This document shows positions 53,366 through 63,844 of a DNA stretch of 64,000 bases, in pieces. A program made the position numbers and the translations under genes. The notes under the pieces are model-generated. The model was not told the origin of the DNA, ran no database searches, and saw nothing but the letters and a program-made list of their open reading frames with translations. The first letter of the stretch is position 1. Each line of letters opens with the position of its first letter. Source of the stretch: Patescibacteria group bacterium (GTDB taxonomy: Bacteria; Patescibacteriota; Patescibacteriia; Patescibacteriales; UBA12465); NCBI GenBank assembly GCA_050949505.1, contig JBMNFV010000001.1, forward strand, positions 286,284 to 350,283, written 5' to 3'.

Positions 53366-55972
53366 ATGAAGCGATTTAGTCAAATTTTAATTATCTCCCT
53401 ATTTCTATTAGCTCCTTTCCTAGCTAAAGGAGCGGTTTGTAATGACTATACGGAATTAACCGTGGTGGCCCGTGACCCTAGTGGCAACTATATAGCTAAT
53501 GCCACCGTAGAGCTCTATACTCAAGAAATAGATGCTAATGGAGAAAAAAAGCCAGATAAGCGCTTAGCGACAGCTAAGGTTAATGCTAATTTAGGCACCG
53601 CTTTGCTACGCTTTAGAAATAGTAATGAGCTAAGCGCCACTTACGCTGTCCGAGTTCAGAATGTCCTTAAAGAGTCAGCTAGCTTTATGGTCTATGATGT
53701 TAACTTGGCCTGTGGTGAAACCAGAGAGCTAGAAACTACTTTAGGTGGTTTTAGAATCTTGCTTCAAGGGGCCGACCAGCGGGCCCTAGCAGGACAGAAA
53801 ATTAATCTCTATACCCAAGCCCGAGATGCCAATGGGGAGCTGGTAGAGAGCCCTAAGGACTCCTTAGGCTCCTTTACCGCCAATACTTCAGGAGAAGTTA
53901 TTGTCTATCTGCCCGCTGGTAGCCAAGAAGGAGTAGCGGGTCTTGGAGACGACTACTATGTTTTAGAATATGTTAGTGGTAGTCAACGCGCCTATCGCTA
54001 CAATCTTAAGGCGGTTAAGGGTGAAATGAAGGAAGTTATTTTCTCCTTAGGGACCATTAGGACTCGCCTAAAGTATGAAGGAGGGGGCTCAGCCGTTGGT
54101 CTCACTATGGAGGTCTATACCCAAAAGCTTAGTGCTCAAGGAGTGGAACAGTTAGGAACTAAAGTGGGTTCCTATACTATCGGTAGTGATGGTTATGGGA
54201 CCTTAGAGGTGATGCCTGACACTTATGCTATTCGGGTTAGAGTGGACAAAGACTATCAATATTTCTGGGACCTAAGCGTTAATTCTGGACAAACCGCCCA
54301 ATTCCTCTTAGAAGCGAAGGGAGCGGTGGTAGACAAAACACCGGGAGCCACTCCGACGGTGCCTAGTGATATTTGCCAAGCTAATTCTCAGACAATTTTA
54401 ACCCTCAAGAACCTACGAGGACAACTCTTAGCCGGACTTAAGTTTGAAATTTATGAACAGGCAGTCGGGACTGGCAATCTAGCTAGCGCTGGCGCTAAGG
54501 TGGCTAATGGGACCACTGATGCCGCCGGACGAGCGGTAGTGAGCTTTAAGCCTAGGACGGATAAGGTCTATGCAGTTAAGGTTTGGGACAAGCAGGCTAA
54601 TTTAGGAAGTTTTTGGTTCTACGGAGCTTTAAAGTATGTGTGTGGTTATGATCGCAGTTTAGAGCTTAGTCTGCCTGCCTTACAGGTAGTGCTAAGAAAT
54701 GACCAAGGGGTGCCCAAGATAAATCAGGCTTTTTCTTTGTATTTACAACGTTATAATGTAGATGGTCAACCCATCTTAGATAGTCAAAGTCTAATTGCTA
54801 ACTTAAAGACTGGTAGTGATGGTCAAGCGACGGTTTATGTTGCTCCCTATAGCGCCTATAATGAGCAGGCCGGTATTTACGCAATTAGCACTAAAGATGA
54901 TCAGGGAAAAACAAAGAACTATTATGATCTAAGGATTAGTGAGGCGAGCAATTATCTCTTTGACCCTACCTTTAAGGGAGTGAAGGGTGAATATGTTAGT
55001 CTCGCTGGTCAAACTCTAGCTAACAAGAGCTTGGCTCTTTATGAGCAACGAGTTGATAATGGCTATTTAGTCTTAGGAAGTCAGCTCACTGCGGTTAAAA
55101 CTGAAGCGGGTGGAAATTGGCAACTTGATTATCCTCAGGGCACCTATGCCCTGACCACTCCTGATGACTTTGGTCGGACTAATGTTTTTTGGAATGTGCA
55201 GCTAAATGGCCAAAGCAATTTTTGGTCGCTTAAGCCTAGCTTAATTACCTTTAAACTTAATCCCGGACCAGGGATAGACCCAAGTAATAGTAATTTGAAG
55301 CTTTACAGTCTAAACGGCCGAGGAGGTACCTACAGCTTAGGCTCAGAGGTAGCTACTATAAAATTAAGTGGTGACTTAGCAACTCATAATCTAGCCGCCG
55401 GAGTCTATTTAGCTACCTATCAGGGCCTTAACAATCAGGTTTATGGTCTAGTATTTTACGCTAAAAACAATACCCCCTTTACCGCTAATATTATCCCTAG
55501 TCCAGCCAATTTAATCGGTGGTCAGACTATCTTTAAAATAGCTAATGCTGATAGTAATTATGTTGGGGGCGGTAGCAGTAGTCCGGTGGTAAATAATAGC
55601 TCTTTGGCAGAGCGAGTTAAGGGGCGAATCCTATTACAAGTGGAAGACAAGGGACAGGCTTGGTATGTTAGTCCAGTTAATAATCAACGCTATAGTCTCG
55701 GTCGTCCTGAAGAAGCCTTTCAAGTGATGCGACAAGTATCCTTGGGAATCTCTAACGCCAACTTTGCTTCATTAGAAGCTAGTCCAGGCTCTTGGCGACA
55801 GTTAGCAGGAAGGATTCTATTAAAGGTAGAGGATGCTGGCCGCGCCTATTATTTTGACCCAGTTACCTTGAAATTACATTATCTAGGCCGACCAGCGGAT
55901 GCTTTTGCAATTATGCGAAATCTGGGACTAGGGATTAGCAATAGTGATTTAAGTCGGATTAGTCTTAATTAA
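53366..55972 (+). CDS. large secreted repeat protein (Ig/carboxypeptidase-regulatory-like repeats plus a duplicated C-terminal module)
   Basis: Signal peptide, then many blocks of about 90 aa containing (V/I)ELYTQ...DANGE-type motifs. Two C-terminal copies of GRILLxVEDxGxAxYxxPV...LGRPxxAFxxMRxxxLGISN follow. Confidence 0.6.
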   Translation: MKRFSQILIISLFLLAPFLAKGAVCNDYTELTVVARDPSGNYIANATVELYTQEIDANGEKKPDKRLATAKVNANLGTALLRFRNSNELSATYAVRVQNVLKESASFMVYDVNLACGETRELETTLGGFRILLQGADQRALAGQKINLYTQARDANGELVESPKDSLGSFTANTSGEVIVYLPAGSQEGVAGLGDDYYVLEYVSGSQRAYRYNLKAVKGEMKEVIFSLGTIRTRLKYEGGGSAVGLTMEVYTQKLSAQGVEQLGTKVGSYTIGSDGYGTLEVMPDTYAIRVRVDKDYQYFWDLSVNSGQTAQFLLEAKGAVVDKTPGATPTVPSDICQANSQTILTLKNLRGQLLAGLKFEIYEQAVGTGNLASAGAKVANGTTDAAGRAVVSFKPRTDKVYAVKVWDKQANLGSFWFYGALKYVCGYDRSLELSLPALQVVLRNDQGVPKINQAFSLYLQRYNVDGQPILDSQSLIANLKTGSDGQATVYVAPYSAYNEQAGIYAISTKDDQGKTKNYYDLRISEASNYLFDPTFKGVKGEYVSLAGQTLANKSLALYEQRVDNGYLVLGSQLTAVKTEAGGNWQLDYPQGTYALTTPDDFGRTNVFWNVQLNGQSNFWSLKPSLITFKLNPGPGIDPSNSNLKLYSLNGRGGTYSLGSEVATIKLSGDLATHNLAAGVYLATYQGLNNQVYGLVFYAKNNTPFTANIIPSPANLIGGQTIFKIANADSNYVGGGSSSPVVNNSSLAERVKGRILLQVEDKGQAWYVSPVNNQRYSLGRPEEAFQVMRQVSLGISNANFASLEASPGSWRQLAGRILLKVEDAGRAYYFDPVTLKLHYLGRPADAFAIMRNLGLGISNSDLSRISLN

Positions 55973-55975
55973 GTT

Positions 55976-56980
55976 ATGACCAGTACCGAGAAAGCCAAAA
56001 CTAAGAGACCATTAAAATATACTTGGCCCGCCATTGGTAACGAGCAGGCGATAGAGTTTTTAGACCGAAGTCTTAGCAGTCAAACTTTAGCCCAAACCTA
56101 TATTTTTATTGGCCCCAAAGACCTAGGGAAAGCAACGATTGCTTTTAGTTTTTCCAAGCATCTTCAGGGGGAGAGCGAGGGCTTCAACAGTGACCTACAT
56201 CTTTTAGCCCCAGAGGCAGACAGCAAGATTATTAGCACCGAGCAGGTGAGGGAGTTTATTAAAAAATTAAGCTTAGGTTCTTTTTTAAACAATTATCAGG
56301 TAGGGATCATCAAGCAGGCTGATCGCTTACAGAGCAATGCTAAAAGCGCGCTCCTTAAGACACTAGAAGAGCCTCGGGACAAGGTGATTATTATCCTCTT
56401 AGTGGAAAATGAGGAAAACTTACCTGCCACGATTTTATCTCGTGGTCAGAAAATCTATTTCCAGCCAGTAGCTACCAGTACTATTTACGATTACTTAGTT
56501 AAAGAGAAGCAGGTAGACCGGCGCATGGCTAAGAGTCTCGCTGGACTAGCCTTAGGTAAACCCCTAAAGGCCTTGCAGTGGCTATCAGATAAATCAGCTT
56601 ATCAGGACTACTTAGATCTAGCTCGGGACTTCTTAAGCTATTTCTCTTTAGCGATTAGTGAGCGACTGGCTCACTTGGCTAAGAATTTTTCTGATAAGAG
56701 TTTTAGTCAGTCCGCTCAAGCCGAAGCCGAACAAAGACTAGCCTTACTAGAAGGCTTAACTAGAGACCTCCTGCTGCTTAACTTCAATCAGCCAGACTAC
56801 CTGCAACATATAGTTTTATTAGAAGAGCTCAAAGAGGCCTTTAATCACTTACCTCCGCTAGAGTCCGAACGAGTCGCCTACCTTAATCAGTGCTTGGAGT
56901 CTATTCTGCAAGCTAGAAAATCTTTAGCTAACAATGTTAATCCCTTATTAGTCTTAGAACAATTAGTTATTAATTTATAA
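55976..56980 (+). CDS. holB: DNA polymerase III subunit delta'
   Basis: AQTYIFIGPKDLGK (degenerate P-loop), LLKTLEEP, and 334 aa. Confidence 0.8.
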   Translation: MTSTEKAKTKRPLKYTWPAIGNEQAIEFLDRSLSSQTLAQTYIFIGPKDLGKATIAFSFSKHLQGESEGFNSDLHLLAPEADSKIISTEQVREFIKKLSLGSFLNNYQVGIIKQADRLQSNAKSALLKTLEEPRDKVIIILLVENEENLPATILSRGQKIYFQPVATSTIYDYLVKEKQVDRRMAKSLAGLALGKPLKALQWLSDKSAYQDYLDLARDFLSYFSLAISERLAHLAKNFSDKSFSQSAQAEAEQRLALLEGLTRDLLLLNFNQPDYLQHIVLLEELKEAFNHLPPLESERVAYLNQCLESILQARKSLANNVNPLLVLEQLVINL

Positions 56981-56997
56981 ATCATTATTCATAATCT

Positions 56998-58128
56998 ATG
57001 AAAAAAGCTTCAATCTTATCAAAATTGAGAATGGTCCTCTTGTTCGGAGGAGTCCTGATCTTAGCTTCAGCTTGTTCTTTTTCTTTCTCCTCTCAAGGAG
57101 GGAGTGCTAGACAAGGGGCCGAGGGTAGCTTGTTTGTAACTAGTGATCGGGGAGACACTTGGCAAGCAGCCATGTCTATCCCGGGCCCAGGCGAACGTTC
57201 GGGTAGTATTGCTGAGGTGGGAGTTAATCTCCTCAAGATAGACCCTCAGGACCACTTAGCGGTCTATTTAGGCAGTCTTGCTCACGGCCTGTTCTATACC
57301 TATGATATCGCTACGGGTTGGAATCAGGTCAAGAGTCTGCCGCAGACTAGGATTAATGACCTAGTAGTTAGTCCGGATAATAAGTGTAGGCTTTATGCCG
57401 CTTTAGGTAATCAAGTTTTCCGGTCTAATGACTGCTCTCGTACCTGGGAGCAAATCTTTGTTGATAGCAATCAGGAGGTGGCGATTAATACCTTAGCGGT
57501 AGACCACTATAATCCTAATAATATTTATTTAGGAACTAGTCGGGGAGAGATTATGAAAAGTATAGATGGGGGCTATTCCTGGCGCACTATTTGGCGACTA
57601 GATAACGGTATTTTACAATTAACTATCTCACCTTTAGACAGTCGGTTGATTTATGTAGCAACTAGCAAGAACAATATTTATCACTTTACCTCTAATACCA
57701 CCACCAACCCCGCTAACTCAACGAATATTGAGGCCAATTTTTCAGTTAGCAATTGGACGGATTTGGGAGCTAGTCTTAAAAACTTTAATTTAGGGACCGA
57801 TTTTAGAGAGCTAATCGTTAATCAAAAGGATGGTGCCGTATTTATTGCCAGCGCTAAGGGAATTATTCGCTCTCGTGATGGGGGTAGTACTTGGGAGAAC
57901 TTAAATCTCCTGCCACCAGAGAAGGAAGCGACTATCAATTCCTTAGCCGTTAATCCTAATAATTCAGCAGAACTGTTTTATATCACGGATACCACCTTCT
58001 TCCGGTCTAGTGACGGGGGAACTACTTGGACCACTAAGCGGCTGCCTAGTAGTCGCCCGGGAGCGCGACTGCTAATTGACTTTGCTAACCCAAACAGGCT
58101 ATATTTAGGAACTAGACAGGCAAAATAA
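56998..58128 (+). CDS. lipoprotein with BNR/Asp-box repeats (Ycf48/sialidase-like beta-propeller)
   Basis: Lipobox LASAC and five SxDxGxTW-like boxes (TSDRGDTW, SNDCSRTW, SIDGGYSW, SRDGGSTW, SSDGGTTW). Confidence 0.7.
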   Translation: MKKASILSKLRMVLLFGGVLILASACSFSFSSQGGSARQGAEGSLFVTSDRGDTWQAAMSIPGPGERSGSIAEVGVNLLKIDPQDHLAVYLGSLAHGLFYTYDIATGWNQVKSLPQTRINDLVVSPDNKCRLYAALGNQVFRSNDCSRTWEQIFVDSNQEVAINTLAVDHYNPNNIYLGTSRGEIMKSIDGGYSWRTIWRLDNGILQLTISPLDSRLIYVATSKNNIYHFTSNTTTNPANSTNIEANFSVSNWTDLGASLKNFNLGTDFRELIVNQKDGAVFIASAKGIIRSRDGGSTWENLNLLPPEKEATINSLAVNPNNSAELFYITDTTFFRSSDGGTTWTTKRLPSSRPGARLLIDFANPNRLYLGTRQAK

Positions 58129-58148
58129 TTAATTAATATTTTAGAGTT

Positions 58149-58703
58149 ATGAACCAATATTTACAAGCTAAACAAGGAGACTTTAGCAAGGCCCTAGAAT
58201 ACTTTAAGCGAGAAATTAGTTCTTTGCGTACCGGCCGAGCTAATCCAGCAGTCTTAGACGCGGTACAAGTGGAGGCCTATGATACCCTTAATCCTCTAAG
58301 TGCAGTGGGTAATATTTCTGTGGCTGATGCTAAGAGTATTGTCATTGTCCCCTGGGACAAGGCGGTGGCTAAGAATATTGAGAAAGCCATTATTGCCGCT
58401 GATTTAGGCTTAGGAGTGATTAACGAAGGTGATCGTTTACGCCTCACCGTTCCCGTATTAACAGAAGAGAACCGACGGGCCCTAGTGAAGACCCTTAATG
58501 AACGCTTGGAGCGTTCACGAATCAATCTGCGTCAGGTGCGAGATGAGATTAAAAATGACATTGAACGAGCCGAAGAGGCCGGAGAAATCAGTGAAGATGA
58601 GCGCTTTAAGGCCATTAAAGAGCTAGATGAATACTCCGCTAAGCAGAATGATGAACTGAAGGAAATTAGAGACCGCAAGGAGCAAGATATTATGGAAATT
58701 TAA
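58149..58703 (+). CDS. frr: ribosome recycling factor
   Basis: 184 aa; LRTGRANPAVLD, PWDK, IN.GD.LR...P.LTEE.R motifs. Confidence 0.95.
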   Translation: MNQYLQAKQGDFSKALEYFKREISSLRTGRANPAVLDAVQVEAYDTLNPLSAVGNISVADAKSIVIVPWDKAVAKNIEKAIIAADLGLGVINEGDRLRLTVPVLTEENRRALVKTLNERLERSRINLRQVRDEIKNDIERAEEAGEISEDERFKAIKELDEYSAKQNDELKEIRDRKEQDIMEI

Positions 58704-58717
58704 GTTAAATATAATTT

Positions 58718-59878
58718 ATGTTAACGACAATTATCGTCTTCATTTTAGTTTTATCAGTTTTAGTCTTTGTTCATGAGTTTGGTCACTTTTTTACCGCACG
58801 TCGCTTGGGAGTCAAGGCCGAGGAATTTGGTTTTGGGTTTCCTCCACGAGCAATTGGACTATATCGTAATACGCAAAAAAAGTGGCGGCTAGTTAAGGGG
58901 ACGAAGTCTGCTGAAGAATTATCTCAGGCAACTGATGAAAATCTAAGGCCAGACCCCCAAGCCACCATCTATTCACTTAACTGGTTGCCACTGGGAGGCT
59001 TTGTTGAAATTAAGGGGCAAGACGGAGAAGACAAGGAGGCCTCAGATAGTTTTGCTAGCAAGAAGATTTGGCAGCGAGTTATTATCCTCTCGGCGGGGGT
59101 AATTATGAATGTTATTTTAGCCTGGGGACTATTTTCCGTTGGCTATTTACTAGGCTTGCCCCAAGAGACCAGTCAAGCTTCCTCAGGGGCGATAATTAGT
59201 GAATCAGCTGTCCTCGTCTATTCCGTGCTCCCTAACTCTCCCGCTGAGGCGGCGGGACTGGAGCCAGGAGATGTTATCACGGCGGTTGGAGCGGAGGCAG
59301 TGTTAGGAGAGGAGAGCTTACCAGAGCTAATTAATGCCACCCAAGGTGAGGAAGTGGTCTTGACTGTTGAGCGAGGGGAGACTAATTTAAGTATTCCGAT
59401 TGCGGCTAGCGTAGATGACCAGGGACGAGCAACTATTGGGATCTCCATTTTCTCTACCGGCCTAGTCCGCTATCCTTTTTGGCAAGCGATTGGAGAAGGG
59501 GCTAAAACCACGGGATTGATGCTTAAAGAAATAGTGGTCGCCTTTGGCTCATTAATAGGTCAATTAGTGACTGGTCAGTCAGTTTCTGGTCAGCTAGCAG
59601 GACCAGTGGGGATTGCCAACATTACCGGTGATGCCGCTCGCTTAGGAATAGTCTATCTCTTGCAGTTAACCGCTCTACTGTCTCTTAATTTAGCGATTAT
59701 TAATATCATTCCTTTTCCCGCACTAGACGGTGGCCGGATCTTGTTTTTAATCATTGAAAAGCTACGAGGCCGACCAGTCAAGCAGGAAACTGAGGCAATT
59801 ATTCACAACTTAGGCTTTATGCTGCTAATGGTCCTTATCTTGCTAGTCACCTACAAGGACATTGTTCGTTTGTTTTAG
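58718..59878 (+). CDS. rseP: RIP metalloprotease RseP (site-2 protease, M50 family) with a PDZ domain
   Basis: HEFGHF zinc motif, a PDZ segment (NSPAEAAGLEPGDVI), and C-terminal LNL.I.N..P.PALDGG. Confidence 0.9.
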   Translation: MLTTIIVFILVLSVLVFVHEFGHFFTARRLGVKAEEFGFGFPPRAIGLYRNTQKKWRLVKGTKSAEELSQATDENLRPDPQATIYSLNWLPLGGFVEIKGQDGEDKEASDSFASKKIWQRVIILSAGVIMNVILAWGLFSVGYLLGLPQETSQASSGAIISESAVLVYSVLPNSPAEAAGLEPGDVITAVGAEAVLGEESLPELINATQGEEVVLTVERGETNLSIPIAASVDDQGRATIGISIFSTGLVRYPFWQAIGEGAKTTGLMLKEIVVAFGSLIGQLVTGQSVSGQLAGPVGIANITGDAARLGIVYLLQLTALLSLNLAIINIIPFPALDGGRILFLIIEKLRGRPVKQETEAIIHNLGFMLLMVLILLVTYKDIVRLF

Positions 59879-59901
59879 CTAATTAACTTAAATCTAAATT
59901 T

Positions 59902-60213
59902 ATGAAAATTAATTTAAAATCAACTAGACTAGAAATCACTGAAGCAATTGCTAATTACAGTCAGGCTAAAATGGATGCTCTTGATAAGTATCTTGGTGAC
60001 CTGGAGGTCCTAAACTGTGATTTAGAATTAGAGCGAGTGGCTGGCAATCAAAAGAAGGGAAATATTTTCCGAGTGGAGGCTAATTTAGAAGTTCCTAAGA
60101 AGCTATTACGAGTGGAGAAGACGGAAGCGGATCTATATAAGGCGATTGATAAGGTGCGTGACCACTTAGAACAGGCGATTAAAAAACATAAGGGCAAGAA
60201 TTTTAATAAATAA
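59902..60213 (+). CDS. hpf: ribosome hibernation promoting factor (short HPF/RaiA family)
   Basis: 103 aa with the typical layout (I.ITEAI..Y...K...L.KY; KAID....LE.Q..K.K) and the conserved position upstream of secA. Confidence 0.85.
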   Translation: MKINLKSTRLEITEAIANYSQAKMDALDKYLGDLEVLNCDLELERVAGNQKKGNIFRVEANLEVPKKLLRVEKTEADLYKAIDKVRDHLEQAIKKHKGKNFNK

Positions 60214-60217
60214 GACT

Positions 60218-62929
60218 ATGGGTATTTTTAACTGGCTTGGCGATGCTAATGAAAAAATAATTAAGGCTATGCAGCCGACTCTGGAGAAAATTGCTTCTCT
60301 AGAGCCAGAGCTACAAACACTATCAGCCGCTGAGCTGAAGGATAAGACGGCGGAGTTTAAAGAACGCTTAGCGGCGGGAGAAACTCTAGACGACTTGTTG
60401 CCGGAAGCCTTTGCGGTGATTCGTGAAGCGGCTTGGCGAACACTTAAGCAACGTCATTTTGATGTTCAGTTAATCGGGGGAATAGTTTTGCATCGGGGAC
60501 AAATAGCGGAAATGAAAACGGGAGAGGGAAAAACTCTAGTCGCTACCGCCCCCCTGTATCTTAATGCCCTAGCTGGTCAGGGAGCACACTTAATTACCGT
60601 CAATGACTACCTAGCCCGCTTAGGAGCAGGCTGGATGGCGCCAGTCTTTCATTCTTTAGGGCTAAGCACTGGAGTGATTATCCATGACGCCGCCTTTATC
60701 TATGACCCAGAGTATACTGATGCTAATGAATATGATGAGCGCTTAAGTCATTTTCGGAAAGTGCCTAGACGAGAAGCCTATCAGGCGGACATTACCTACG
60801 GAACTAATAATGAATTTGGTTTTGATTATCTTCGCGATAATATGGTCTTTAACCTTAGTCAAGTCGTTCAGCGTCCCCTTCACTATGCAATTGTTGATGA
60901 AATTGACTCCATTCTAATTGACGAAGCGAGAACCCCGCTCATTATCTCCGCGCCCGCTGAGGAGTCAACTGATAGATATTTTAAGTTTGCTCGCCTTGTG
61001 GAGGGGCTTATAGAAAATGAGGATTATAATATAGACGAAAAGCTAAGAGCGGCAACCCTAACTGAAGAGGGAATCGCTAAGGTGGAAAAACTTTTAGGAC
61101 TGGGTAACATCTATGTAGAGGGGGGAGTCAAGGAGGTTCATCATTTAGAACAAGCCCTGAAGGCTAATGTTTTGTTTAAAAAAGATAAAGATTATGTGGT
61201 TAAAGATGGAGAGATTATTATCGTTGATGAATTTACCGGTCGCTTGATGCCCGGCCGTCGCTATAGCGAGGGTTTGCACCAAGCAATTGAAGCTAAGGAG
61301 GGAGTGCAGGTACAGAAAGAGTCACAAACCATGGCCACCATCACCTTTCAAAATTTGTTTAGATTGTATAATAAATTATCAGGTATGACGGGAACGGCCG
61401 CCACCGAGGCCGAAGAGTTCCATAAGATCTATAATCTAGATACTATCATCATTCCGACCAACAAGCCTAATGTTAGAGAGGACTATAATGACCTAATCTA
61501 CCGAACAGAGATGGATAAGTTTAAGGCGGTGATTAGAGATGTTAAGGAGCGACATGAGAAAGGTCAACCTATTTTGATTGGAACTATTTCTATTGAAAAA
61601 AATGAACTATTCACCGAATTAATGGAGCGCGAGGGTCTTCGGCCCCAGATGTTAAACGCTAAAAACCACCAACGAGAAGCGGAAATAATTGCCCAAGCTG
61701 GTCGTCGTGGGGCAATCACGTTAGCGACTAATATGGCTGGCCGAGGAGTGGACATTATCCTAGGAGGTAACCCCTCTACCAAGGAGGAGCAAGAGGAAAT
61801 TAGGGCCCTAGGGGGACTGCATGTGATTGGTACTGAACGCCATGAGTCACGACGAATTGATAATCAGCTAAGAGGCCGAGCGGGTCGTCAGGGAGACCCA
61901 GGCTCATCTCAGTTCTTTGTCTCTACCGAAGATGACCTGATGCGTATTTTTGGCGGAGATAGAATGAAGAATTTGATGCAAACCTTGCGAGTGCCTGATG
62001 ACTTGCCGATAGAGAACAAGATGATCTCTAAGTCCATTGAGTCCGCTCAGAAAAAGGTGGAGGGCAATCACTTTGATTCCCGAAAACATTTAGTGGAATA
62101 TGATGACGTTATCAACAAGCATCGGATCGCTATTTACGAACGGCGCCGGGAGGTGATAGACATTGCCGAAGGGGTGACTGGTAGCGAAACCAAGTCCTTA
62201 GGAGAAATTATCAAGAAGTTGATCGCGGAGGAATTACAATTTATAGTTAATTTCCATACTGCTGGAGATGACCAAGAGTCCTGGAATTTACAGGAAATTT
62301 ATGAAACAGTTAGAACCATTTGGAGTCCTCAAGCTAGCTTACTAGAACAGCTTCAAGCCTTGGTTAAAGGAGATGAGGATAAGGGGAAAATTAGAACTAA
62401 GATTATTGACTACCTCTATCAAGAGGCCCAAGAAATTTATGACTCACTAACTGATCGTTTTGCTCAAGCAGGGATAGACTTTAAGGAGGTAGAAAAAGGC
62501 ATGCTCATCCGAGCCATAGACCAGCACTGGGTGGAACACTTAGAGGCGATAGACTATCTGCGACAGGGAATAGGGTTGCGGGGCTATGGACAACGAGACC
62601 CTTTGGTGGAGTATAAGAAAGAGGCTTGGCGCCTTTATCAAGAGCTTAACAATCTAGTTAACAAACACATCGTTTATGGCATCTATCACACTGCCGATGG
62701 CCTCTCAGCCGTGAGTGCGGAAGTTCTTCAAGCCTTTGCTAATAAAAATCAAGCGCAGCAATTAGAATTTAGCGGAGCGCAAAAAGAGATGCACAAGCAG
62801 GCTGGGGAGCGCAATACCTTTGACCTAGTAACTGAAAAACTTAAAGATGAGTCTGGCAAGAAGGTGGGGCGCAATGACCTTTGTCCCTGTGGCAGTGGCA
62901 AGAAGTATAAGAAGTGTCACGGGAAATAG
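60218..62929 (+). CDS. secA: preprotein translocase ATPase SecA
   Basis: MKTGEGKTLVA (Walker A), DEIDSILIDEARTPLIIS, TNMAGRGVDI, and the C-terminal zinc motif CPCGSGKKYKKCHG. Confidence 0.97.
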   Translation: MGIFNWLGDANEKIIKAMQPTLEKIASLEPELQTLSAAELKDKTAEFKERLAAGETLDDLLPEAFAVIREAAWRTLKQRHFDVQLIGGIVLHRGQIAEMKTGEGKTLVATAPLYLNALAGQGAHLITVNDYLARLGAGWMAPVFHSLGLSTGVIIHDAAFIYDPEYTDANEYDERLSHFRKVPRREAYQADITYGTNNEFGFDYLRDNMVFNLSQVVQRPLHYAIVDEIDSILIDEARTPLIISAPAEESTDRYFKFARLVEGLIENEDYNIDEKLRAATLTEEGIAKVEKLLGLGNIYVEGGVKEVHHLEQALKANVLFKKDKDYVVKDGEIIIVDEFTGRLMPGRRYSEGLHQAIEAKEGVQVQKESQTMATITFQNLFRLYNKLSGMTGTAATEAEEFHKIYNLDTIIIPTNKPNVREDYNDLIYRTEMDKFKAVIRDVKERHEKGQPILIGTISIEKNELFTELMEREGLRPQMLNAKNHQREAEIIAQAGRRGAITLATNMAGRGVDIILGGNPSTKEEQEEIRALGGLHVIGTERHESRRIDNQLRGRAGRQGDPGSSQFFVSTEDDLMRIFGGDRMKNLMQTLRVPDDLPIENKMISKSIESAQKKVEGNHFDSRKHLVEYDDVINKHRIAIYERRREVIDIAEGVTGSETKSLGEIIKKLIAEELQFIVNFHTAGDDQESWNLQEIYETVRTIWSPQASLLEQLQALVKGDEDKGKIRTKIIDYLYQEAQEIYDSLTDRFAQAGIDFKEVEKGMLIRAIDQHWVEHLEAIDYLRQGIGLRGYGQRDPLVEYKKEAWRLYQELNNLVNKHIVYGIYHTADGLSAVSAEVLQAFANKNQAQQLEFSGAQKEMHKQAGERNTFDLVTEKLKDESGKKVGRNDLCPCGSGKKYKKCHGK

Positions 62930-63051
62930 TTTTTGAGAGTATGATTAAAAGAGCCCAGATAATTTCTGGGTCTTTTATTACCGAATTGGTGATTATTTTA
63001 AGCAGCTTAGGGCTTTTAATTTTTAGGTCAAGCTTATTAAAGTTAGCTAGT

Positions 63052-63780
63052 TTATTGATTTAACTTATTCAGCCGCCTCCGGAGACGAATTAGTCCCCAA
63101 CAGAAATACCATAATTCACTTTTCTTAACCTGACTAGGCCTAGAGGCGTAACGTTGTTCCTGCCAGTTAACAGGAATTTCTATTAACCGATAATTAGCGT
63201 TTAGGGCCAAGATAATTAATTCAGTATCAAATAGCCAACGATTATCTAAAAAGTCAGGAGCCAGGGCTTGATAGAGTTGAGCAGTGAAGGCTTTAAAGCC
63301 ACATTGAAGGTCTTGAACTTGATTATTAAATAATAGTCGGGCAAAATAATTATAGAAACGAGTGGTGAGGCGACGGACTAGAGGTCGCTGAGAGCTAGCA
63401 CCAGAGACGAGACGAGAACCGATCACTAGGTCAGCCTGATTGAGTAGCAGGGGATTAATTAATTCAGGGATCTGCTCTGGGGCAACGGCTAAATCAATAT
63501 CTAAAAAAGCTAACAGATCCGCTTGACTGGAATTAAAATATTTCTTTAGAGCTAAACTTTTACCGCCAGCTTGATAATGATAACTTTTTATCTGCTGGGG
63601 GTAGTGCTGAGCTAAACGATTGGCAATTGCGGCTGAGTCGTCACTAGAGCCGTTAACTAGAATAATAATTTGCCAGTGATAAGTAGTTGGCTGACTTGTT
63701 AGATAAGAGAAAAGACGTCGCACATTAGCTTCTAAAAGAGAAGCTTCATTTTTAACTGGTAAACAAAAATCTATTAACAT
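63052..63780 (-). CDS. GT2 glycosyltransferase (dolichyl-phosphate glucosyltransferase-like)
   Basis: From the ATG at 63780: MLIDFCLPVKNEASLL..., ILVNGSSDDS, LAFLDIDLA (DxD). The 49-codon upstream extension in the ORF track is antisense to the pilin-like gene start and its promoter, so it was rejected. Confidence 0.8.
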   Translation of the reverse strand: MLIDFCLPVKNEASLLEANVRRLFSYLTSQPTTYHWQIIILVNGSSDDSAAIANRLAQHYPQQIKSYHYQAGGKSLALKKYFNSSQADLLAFLDIDLAVAPEQIPELINPLLLNQADLVIGSRLVSGASSQRPLVRRLTTRFYNYFARLLFNNQVQDLQCGFKAFTAQLYQALAPDFLDNRWLFDTELIILALNANYRLIEIPVNWQEQRYASRPSQVKKSELWYFCWGLIRLRRRLNKLNQ

Positions 63781-63844
63781 ATAGAAAATTATAACTAGTT
63801 CGCCAAAAACTCGCAAATTGGTTATAATGAATAAAGAAAAGAAT

